From positions 1 to 64,000 of IMG/VR virus record IMGVR_UViG_3300044825_001015: a DNA stretch of 64,000 nucleotides; one strand, written 5' to 3'. The notes under the pieces were generated by a model that had not been told where the DNA came from, did not search any database, and was given only the letters and a program-made list of their open reading frames with translations. This stretch comes from a virus. The position numbers were made by a program, and so were the translations under genes. Within the stretch, counting starts at the first letter, position 1, and each line of letters begins with the position of its first letter. This document shows positions 16,857 through 24,392 of this stretch, piece after piece.

Positions 16857-19800
16857 ATGGCTAGAAGAGTAATTGCAGAGGGTTATAGTTTTGATCCTGC
16901 TGAATCAACAATTGTTATAAATAGATTTATTAGACAAGAGCATTTGACTCTTATTACAAATGTGACCAGAAATACAGTTATCTTCAACTTTTCTGATCCA
17001 GCACTTAATGCTGTCACATATAATGCTCAGACATTAAATACCCGTCAGGGAGCGGTTCTTGATAGAGATACACTAACTTACTCACCGTCTTCAGGAACTA
17101 CAACAATAGAACTTAACTACAATACCTCTGGAATGTCTTCTACAGATAAATTACAGATTCTTGTAGACGAGCCATCAGAAACATTTAGACCAGATGAGGT
17201 TTATAGAGATCCTGTTGACAAACTAAGAGTCTCAACTCCACAGTCATTAATTGATACAGACTTTGAATACTCTCCACAGCCATCAAAATGGGAATCCCTA
17301 AGTTTAAGCCTAAATTATCCTTCATTTTATTCTAGAACGTCTGGAGCCTCAACGTTCGATCTTAATGCTATCTCTGGAGGAGGACAATCTCCAAGATCAA
17401 CAATTACAGTAACAACGAATGTTGCACATGGACTTAATGTTGGTGATGTAGTAGTTGTTCAAGATTCACTTAATCAACTAGCAGAGGGAACATTCTTAGT
17501 AGATACAGTTCCATCATCTACACAACTTACCTATACCGCTGCTGGAGTTGTAAATGGGTCTATTATAGATGGCTCCTACACAACAGTATATGGCGGAGGC
17601 ATCTTTGACGGTGCTAGAATTCCTATTGCTAATTCTGCTTCAGCAATTACATATTCTGGAACAAGAATTACAGTAGCAACAGCCGCACCACACGGACTTT
17701 TGCCTGGAACACCAATTCTTCTTAGAAATATTAGTGCAACCACAAATGCGCCAAATGGAAACTGGGTTGTAGATACAGTAGCAACACCAACAACATTTTC
17801 ATTTACTGCTGCAGCAACACCAACTGGAACACTATCATCTGGAACAAATTTCCAAAGCGCACTTCTTTATGTAAGACCAGAAGGATATCAGCAGCATAGA
17901 GCATTAGATGGTGGTGTTCTAATCACTACTGGAGGTCCATCTAATGGATCTCAAATTATTCGTCAAACAAGACGCTATTTCAGATATCAGTCTGGAAAAG
18001 GAATTCAGTACTCTACTGGCGTTAAATTTACTCCAACATTCGATATTGAATCAATATCAGCAACAGGAAATATTGTAACTATTACTACTATTCAAGATCA
18101 TAATTTGCAAGTTGGAACATCAATAAAAGTAGAGGGAATTATTTCAGCCGCTGGAAATGCAGATAGTGATATTTATAATATTACTGCTGTAGTAGCATCT
18201 ATTACTGGATCTAAGTCATTTACATATAATACAACTTCTGTTCCAACAGATACTGCTCCAGGTGGAACTAATATCTATGTTACAGCAGTAAACTGGAAGG
18301 GATCTGCAGTAAGGGCTGGACTGTTTGATGATCAGAACGGATTCTTCTTTGAGTATGATGGTCAAACATTATATGCATGTAGAAGAGACTCAGTAAAGGA
18401 ATTATTTGGTAGAGTAAGTGTTACCAATGGATCAAGTTCAGTTACTGGAACAGGAACAAGATTTACAGAGCAAGTGGTTGCTGGAGAATATGTTGTAATC
18501 AAGGGTCAAAGTTATATGGTTACATCAATTATTTCTAACACATCCATGACAATTGCACCAGCATACCGTGGAGCAACAAGATCAAATTGTAGATATCTTA
18601 AGACTCAAACTTATAAGATTCCTCAATCTGCATGGAATATGGACCCTGTGGATGGAACTGGCCCATCTGGATACAATATAGATGTTTCAAAGATGCAGAT
18701 GGTTTACATCGATTACACTTGGTATGGTGCAGGACACATTAGATTTGGATTCCGTGGACCTAATGGAGATATTTATTATGCCCATAAGATGCCAAATAAC
18801 AATGTAAATACCGCAGCATATATGCGCTCTGGAAACTTGCCAGGTAGATTTGAGGCTATTAACTATGGCCCAACTACAAGATTAGTTGCTGGTGCAACAG
18901 TCGCAAGAGGTTCTGCATTGTTACCAGCGCATGGAACATTGTATGTAGAGGATGCTGCAAATTGGCCTTCAGAGGGATATATTCTAGTTAAAGACAATGT
19001 AAATTGTGAAATGATAAGGTACCAGAGCCTTGGAGAATATAATGTTTTAGCAAGAGGGTACCCACTATCTAATTTAACTAGAAGAGTTACATATTCATAT
19101 GCTGGAATTAATCCATCAGGATCATTCTCTTCAACAGCATATACTTTATCTGGAACTACTTCAAACGTTACATTCACTCCAGATTCTGGAATGGGTGGAG
19201 TAGGAACTGATGGGCAAGTTTCTGTACAGTATATTTATAGTGATTGTGCCCCAGTTGTTAGCCATTGGGGTGTGTCTGTAATCATGGACGGTAGATATGA
19301 TGATGATAAGTCTATTATTTTCACCGCTGGTATGAATAGATATATGTCAATTGCTGCTGGTGCCCAAAGACCGCTCCTAGCAATTAGAATTGCACCTTCA
19401 GTTGATGCCGGAATTGGAAAGAACTTTGGAATTAGAGAAATTGTAAATAGAATGCAGTTAACTCTTAACTCCATGGAAGTTTTCTCACAGGGACAGTTTT
19501 TGATTGAAGGAATTCTTAATCCACAGACAATCGGCGGCGGCAGTTTAACACTTCCTGCAAACTGGGAAACTATATCAGTAGGATCAGGATCATTGGCCCA
19601 GGTTGTATACTTCGATGGAACTGCCCCATATAGTGCAACTGCAGCAACAGCAAGTGGTACATTTACTGGAGGAGACAGGGTGTTTGCTTTCTATGCAGAA
19701 AACTCTGGTGGAACAAACCCATCTGCTACCTCGTTTGATCTATCAAAGGCTAGAGATCTAGGAACATCTATTCTAAGTGGTGACGGACAGGCTGGAAATA

Positions 19801-19916
19801 TCAATCCTGGATTCCCAGCAGGCCCAGATATTCTACTTATCACAGCAAGAAACCTTGCGGCTACTGGAAATGCTAATATTGCTGCAAGAATTTCATGGAC
19901 AGAAGCACAGGCATAA
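16857..19916 (+). CDS. Large virion structural protein
   Basis: VDKLRVSTPQSLIDTDFEY; three T..AHGL/HNL beta repeats; RQTRRYFRYQSGKG. Confidence 0.7.
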   Translation: MARRVIAEGYSFDPAESTIVINRFIRQEHLTLITNVTRNTVIFNFSDPALNAVTYNAQTLNTRQGAVLDRDTLTYSPSSGTTTIELNYNTSGMSSTDKLQILVDEPSETFRPDEVYRDPVDKLRVSTPQSLIDTDFEYSPQPSKWESLSLSLNYPSFYSRTSGASTFDLNAISGGGQSPRSTITVTTNVAHGLNVGDVVVVQDSLNQLAEGTFLVDTVPSSTQLTYTAAGVVNGSIIDGSYTTVYGGGIFDGARIPIANSASAITYSGTRITVATAAPHGLLPGTPILLRNISATTNAPNGNWVVDTVATPTTFSFTAAATPTGTLSSGTNFQSALLYVRPEGYQQHRALDGGVLITTGGPSNGSQIIRQTRRYFRYQSGKGIQYSTGVKFTPTFDIESISATGNIVTITTIQDHNLQVGTSIKVEGIISAAGNADSDIYNITAVVASITGSKSFTYNTTSVPTDTAPGGTNIYVTAVNWKGSAVRAGLFDDQNGFFFEYDGQTLYACRRDSVKELFGRVSVTNGSSSVTGTGTRFTEQVVAGEYVVIKGQSYMVTSIISNTSMTIAPAYRGATRSNCRYLKTQTYKIPQSAWNMDPVDGTGPSGYNIDVSKMQMVYIDYTWYGAGHIRFGFRGPNGDIYYAHKMPNNNVNTAAYMRSGNLPGRFEAINYGPTTRLVAGATVARGSALLPAHGTLYVEDAANWPSEGYILVKDNVNCEMIRYQSLGEYNVLARGYPLSNLTRRVTYSYAGINPSGSFSSTAYTLSGTTSNVTFTPDSGMGGVGTDGQVSVQYIYSDCAPVVSHWGVSVIMDGRYDDDKSIIFTAGMNRYMSIAAGAQRPLLAIRIAPSVDAGIGKNFGIREIVNRMQLTLNSMEVFSQGQFLIEGILNPQTIGGGSLTLPANWETISVGSGSLAQVVYFDGTAPYSATAATASGTFTGGDRVFAFYAENSGGTNPSATSFDLSKARDLGTSILSGDGQAGNINPGFPAGPDILLITARNLAATGNANIAARISWTEAQA

Positions 19917-19931
19917 GAAAGGAATATTTAA

Positions 19932-20564
19932 ATGCCAATTAATAGAATTAGATTAGATGATGTTGATATTAGAAACATTACGTCTACTACATCATTGCTA
20001 AATACTACATTAGGTCAGGTTCAAGAAGATGTGGCAAATAATCTAATATCTACTAATAACTCTATTGCACAACTACAATCAGATTTAAGAAATCTTGATG
20101 GGGAAGTAGATACAAAGGCAAATATAAATAGTCCTACATTTACTGGTACCGTAACTGCTGGAAGCACATTAATTACAAATGAAGTAGTTGAAAATTACTT
20201 ACTTCGTGGTGAAGGTGCTACTGGAACTTTAAATATAAATATTTCAGATTCATCAATACACTACTATGTAAATAATTCTAGTGCTAACTGGACATTTAAT
20301 TTTAGAGCAAGTGATTCTGTTTCTTTAAACACATTCCTTTCTGGTGGTCAGGCGGTAACTGCAACAATATTAATTACTAATGGTGCTACCCCATTTAGAC
20401 CAACAGCATTTCAAGTAGATGGAGTTTCAACTACCGTAAGATGGGCAGACGCTCTTGTACCAGCATCTGGAAATGCAAATAGTATTGATATTTATTCATT
20501 TAGTATACTTAAGACAGGAAACAACACATTTGTTGTGCTAGGTAGTTTTGCAAGGTTTGCGTAA
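19932..20564 (+). CDS. Fibre adaptor protein, cassette B (coiled coil plus shared C-terminal domain)
   Basis: YYVNNSSANWTFNFR...IDIYSFSILKT...FA, paralogous to 11158. Confidence 0.65.
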   Translation: MPINRIRLDDVDIRNITSTTSLLNTTLGQVQEDVANNLISTNNSIAQLQSDLRNLDGEVDTKANINSPTFTGTVTAGSTLITNEVVENYLLRGEGATGTLNINISDSSIHYYVNNSSANWTFNFRASDSVSLNTFLSGGQAVTATILITNGATPFRPTAFQVDGVSTTVRWADALVPASGNANSIDIYSFSILKTGNNTFVVLGSFARFA

Positions 20565-21481
20565 TGCCTTTTATATCTAAGTTTAGTGGACATGGGAGGG
20601 TTCCTGGAATTCATAAGCCAGAGGCACCACCAACTCCTACACTATCCGCAACTGCTTCAACAATAAACAGCCTAACATTTACGATAAATAACTATGTTGC
20701 AAATTGGACATATGTAATAAGCATATCTCCTAGTGCTGGAACAATATCTCGTACTGATGGAACAGTAAGTGTTACTGGGTTAAATTCAAGTACAACATAT
20801 ACTCTTACTGTAACAGCAAGAAATTCTGGAGGCGAGGCCACAAATACTGTAAATGGAACTACTGGAACTCCACCACCATTCTTCCCTTCATTTGCTCCAT
20901 TCTTTCCCTTCTTCCCAAGTTTTCCCTTCTTCCCATTTTTCCCAAGTTTTCCGTTCTTCCCATTTTTCCCAAGTTTTCCGTCGTTTCCATTCTTCCCCAA
21001 CTTTGTTAGGCCAGGGCCAGCACCAGTAAAAACTGCACCATCTGCAGCGTTATCAGATATACAAAGCATACAAATATTAACATCAGAATATGGATATTTG
21101 GATGCAAAGTATTTAACTGAAGAGGACAAATTAAAGTCATATGCATTAGAAGGAATCGGTACCAATAAAGTAAACATTATTGAAGACATAGATACTGAAA
21201 TAATAAAAATAGATTCTCATAGTGATGTTAGTAATATTTATTTTATTAATAACGAGGGCTATTCTTCAAACTGCTACCTACTCTGTAGAAGGAACGATAT
21301 AATAGATTTTATTAATGTTAAAGAGATAAGCGAATCTGACAAAATTTTTAATTACGAAAATAAAGATTTTGTTGATATAAAATCTTATAGATCAGAAAGC
21401 GTTTCTGGTATTATTTATAATATAGAATGTCTACCAATTAACTACTATGTGATACACAGTAGTTTAGGTTACTTTAAATAA
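20564..21481 (+). CDS. Putative appendage protein: FN3-like domain, (Pro-x-Phe)14 repeat and degenerate Hint-like domain
   Basis: VTGLNSSTTYTLTVTARN (FN3); PFFPSF repeats; C-terminal 140 aa follow the Hint block pattern. Confidence 0.7.
   Translation: MPFISKFSGHGRVPGIHKPEAPPTPTLSATASTINSLTFTINNYVANWTYVISISPSAGTISRTDGTVSVTGLNSSTTYTLTVTARNSGGEATNTVNGTTGTPPPFFPSFAPFFPFFPSFPFFPFFPSFPFFPFFPSFPSFPFFPNFVRPGPAPVKTAPSAALSDIQSIQILTSEYGYLDAKYLTEEDKLKSYALEGIGTNKVNIIEDIDTEIIKIDSHSDVSNIYFINNEGYSSNCYLLCRRNDIIDFINVKEISESDKIFNYENKDFVDIKSYRSESVSGIIYNIECLPINYYVIHSSLGYFK
20876..21004 (+). repeat. Coding tandem repeat: 14 Pro-x-Phe triplets, including ~2.5 copies of a 27-bp unit (20912-20980)
   Basis: TTCCCAAGTTTTCC(C/G)TTCTTCCCATTT repeated. 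Confidence 0.92.
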
Positions 21482-21496
21482 AGAAAGAAAATAAAT

Positions 21497-22225
21497 ATGA
21501 ATGAGTGGCTTGATAAGTCTCGTGAAGAGACTGATACTAGGCGTATGCCAGATAAATATTTAGACGAAATTATTGTATCCAACCCAGCATTAGGAATTAA
21601 TGTATATAGAAATGCTATACCTAAAGATTCATGTAAAAAAACTATATCAACTTTAGAAAAGGTTCTTAACTCTACTGGTCCTTATAGTTGGCAGCCAGCA
21701 AATGTTACTGAATCTGATGACCCGTTATTAGAGGCAAGATACTGTGTTGATTTTAAAATTGGTCAAAAAAATCTAGGTGAAGTAAATCAATATAATAAAA
21801 AATTGTATGAATTACATGAAGACATATTCCAGTATGTCTATAAGTGTTCTGTAGATTATGGAAGATACTGGGGTGTCGGACTGAACTACTTTGAGGTATT
21901 TAATTTTGTTAGATATGAAAGTCCTGGTCAACACTTTAATATTCATGCAGATCATGGACCAGCATATGTAACAACAATATCTGCAGTAGCATACTTAAAT
22001 GATGACTATGAAGGTGGAGAGTTATATTTCCCTAGATTTAATTTAACAATAAAGCCAGAGGCTGGAGATATAGTATTTTTCCCATCTACATTTATTTATG
22101 AGCATTCATCTGAGCCAATGATATCTGGAACTAAATATTCAGTAGTTATAATGACTGATTATAATTCTAGAGGTGGTCTTAGGTATTACCCATACAGACA
22201 AAATGAAGAAACTTTAATTTATTAG
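21497..22225 (+). CDS. Prolyl-4-hydroxylase-type 2OG-Fe(II) oxygenase
   Basis: IHADHG...AYLNDDYEGGELYF...HSSEPMISGTKY. Confidence 0.88.
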   Translation: MNEWLDKSREETDTRRMPDKYLDEIIVSNPALGINVYRNAIPKDSCKKTISTLEKVLNSTGPYSWQPANVTESDDPLLEARYCVDFKIGQKNLGEVNQYNKKLYELHEDIFQYVYKCSVDYGRYWGVGLNYFEVFNFVRYESPGQHFNIHADHGPAYVTTISAVAYLNDDYEGGELYFPRFNLTIKPEAGDIVFFPSTFIYEHSSEPMISGTKYSVVIMTDYNSRGGLRYYPYRQNEETLIY

Positions 22226-22232
22226 GATTTAT

Positions 22233-22931
22233 ATGGAAGATATAAAAGATATAGAAAATAATATTAAAAATTTTTATTCTTATTCTGGACAAACATGGTC
22301 TTCATATGAAGAGGTTGCAAATGGTATATATGTTTTCCATGACTTAATCCCTAGTGTATCGGTAAAAATGCTAGAAGATGTTATGTCTGATACCTATAAT
22401 CCATATTCTTATTCCAAGGCTATGGTGGGGTATCAAATGCATATACCAGAGTACAGAGATTGCTTGGACTTTAAATATAAAAAAACAGATATTGAAAATG
22501 ACAATAGTATATCTGGAATGATGCTTAAGAAACTATGGGATATGATTTATAACAAATCATTGCCTGCCGTTAAAAAATATTGTGAAGATTTTAATATAGG
22601 AGAACTTAGGTACTGGGAGTCTATGAATTTTGTTAAGTATGGCCCTGGTCAACATTTTCAGGAGCATCATGACCATGGTTTTTCTTATAATTGTGTAGTT
22701 TCTTTAGTAGGATATCCAAATGATGATTATGAGGGTGGAGAGATATATTTTAGAAGGCAGGGTTTAGAAATAAAGCCAAAAGCAGGGGACCTGTTTGTGT
22801 TTCCATCAAATTTCATGTATCCACATAGAGCAATGCCAGTAAAAAGCGGTAATAAGTACTCTATAGTCACGATGCTTGATTACTCAGATAAGTTTCACAA
22901 GCCAGAATTTTATCAGGAAACCAATTCATGA
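22233..22931 (+). CDS. Prolyl-4-hydroxylase-type 2OG-Fe(II) oxygenase
   Basis: EHHDHG...YPNDDYEGGEIYF...HRAMPVKSGNKY. Confidence 0.88.
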   Translation: MEDIKDIENNIKNFYSYSGQTWSSYEEVANGIYVFHDLIPSVSVKMLEDVMSDTYNPYSYSKAMVGYQMHIPEYRDCLDFKYKKTDIENDNSISGMMLKKLWDMIYNKSLPAVKKYCEDFNIGELRYWESMNFVKYGPGQHFQEHHDHGFSYNCVVSLVGYPNDDYEGGEIYFRRQGLEIKPKAGDLFVFPSNFMYPHRAMPVKSGNKYSIVTMLDYSDKFHKPEFYQETNS

Positions 22932-23641
22932 ATTTAATAGATGCATATCAATCAGAAGAATCAGTTGTAAATATTGATCAACTTCCTATGTCAAGAGACT
23001 GGATGGATAGGACATTTAGTAAGCATTCCTATCATTGCTTTCCGATGACTTTATCTAATAGATTAGGATGGGGAATATCCTTAAAACATGACTTCTGCTT
23101 TATATGGGATGGTGAAGAGTCTTCTAGTTCTCATCATATTAATATAATTAAAGGTCAAGATTATGTAAGTAATCTTAGAGGAAACAAAACAATAAGCATA
23201 GATACTGGACTATATATTTCTCCACAAAAAAATATTTCAATATTAACTATGCCTCCTCCCAATATTTTTATTGAAGGTCTGCAATGCATAAGTACTATTA
23301 TTAGCACATCTGCAATGGTCGGGCCTCTTCCAATAGCATTGATGGCTAATATTCCAAACAAAAAAATCTATATTAAGGCAGGAACAATATTGGCTAGCAT
23401 CCTTCCTGTTAAACTTTCTGAAATGAATGAGACAGAACTTCACATTAAAAAAGGAATACCTCCCTTTATGATGACTAAAGAATGGACAGACAACTTTGAA
23501 GAAAGAAGTAAAGTTTCAATGGAGGTAAATTCCAAGGGAGGGTGGAATGATTTTTATAGAGATGCTATAGACCATAGAGGTGTAAGGCATGGAGAGCATG
23601 AGGCTAAAAAAATAATTATGAAGGTAGTCCATGAAGATTAA
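22928..23641 (+). CDS. DUF6065-like protein
   Basis: RDWMD...HSYHCFPMTLSNRLGW; PPPNIF; IKAGTILASILP; FYRDA. Confidence 0.65.
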   Translation: MNLIDAYQSEESVVNIDQLPMSRDWMDRTFSKHSYHCFPMTLSNRLGWGISLKHDFCFIWDGEESSSSHHINIIKGQDYVSNLRGNKTISIDTGLYISPQKNISILTMPPPNIFIEGLQCISTIISTSAMVGPLPIALMANIPNKKIYIKAGTILASILPVKLSEMNETELHIKKGIPPFMMTKEWTDNFEERSKVSMEVNSKGGWNDFYRDAIDHRGVRHGEHEAKKIIMKVVHED

Positions 23642-24353
23642 TTTCATATCTAATAGGCCATGGTTAAATAAAAAAAGTAAAACTAATCCAGAACCCTCAG
23701 TAAAAAATATACCTGACTGGTATATAAAAGAGAGTAGATATGTTAAAGATGATTTAGGAAACTATACCCTAGATCAATACGGACATAAAGTTCCTTCCTG
23801 GAAAGGCTGTCCAGCAATATATGACATTATTGGTACTGGGTATGTATTGAAAACACCATGTGACATTGAATTTTACCAAGATGGCGATGATTTTAAAGTA
23901 AAACTTAACAAAAGATATTCAGATTTCATACAGTATAGGCCAGACTGGTCATTGCATGGATTTCCTAAGCCAGAGGGATATAGAAAGGACCACTTTGCTT
24001 GGTGGCCTGATTGGGCAATAGAAGTTCCAGATGGATATAGCGTTTTATACTCTCAGCCATTCAATAGATTTGACCTACCATTTTTAAATACTACTGGAAT
24101 TGTAGACAACGATAAGGTAAACCTTCCAGGAACTATGCCATTTTTTGTAAGAGAGGGATGGGAGGGAGTAATAAAGCAAGGTACCCCATATCTACAAATT
24201 TTACCATTTAAAAGAGAAGATTGGGATTCTGACTATATTTTCCCAGATGAATACGAAATGTATGAAAAAAATATGAAGAATATTGAAAAGTATAGAGTAC
24301 CTGGAGGGGGAGTCTATCTTAATCAAGTATGGTCTAAGAGAAGGTACTCATAG
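23631..24353 (+). CDS. dUTPase-fold/DUF6065-related protein
   Basis: WKGCPAIYDIIGTGY; QPFNRFDLPF..TGIVDND; IKQGTPYLQILPFKR. Confidence 0.6.
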   Translation: MKINFISNRPWLNKKSKTNPEPSVKNIPDWYIKESRYVKDDLGNYTLDQYGHKVPSWKGCPAIYDIIGTGYVLKTPCDIEFYQDGDDFKVKLNKRYSDFIQYRPDWSLHGFPKPEGYRKDHFAWWPDWAIEVPDGYSVLYSQPFNRFDLPFLNTTGIVDNDKVNLPGTMPFFVREGWEGVIKQGTPYLQILPFKREDWDSDYIFPDEYEMYEKNMKNIEKYRVPGGGVYLNQVWSKRRYS

Positions 24354-24392
24354 TTCATACTAATTTTGCCATAAATAGGATATAATTATAAT

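Noticed and set aside
20692-21189. Minus-strand ORF with collagen-like GKN/GKL triplets
   Set aside because: Automatic antisense shadow of the Pro-x-Phe repeat (CC gives GG, TT gives AA); the plus-strand gene has FN3 and operon context
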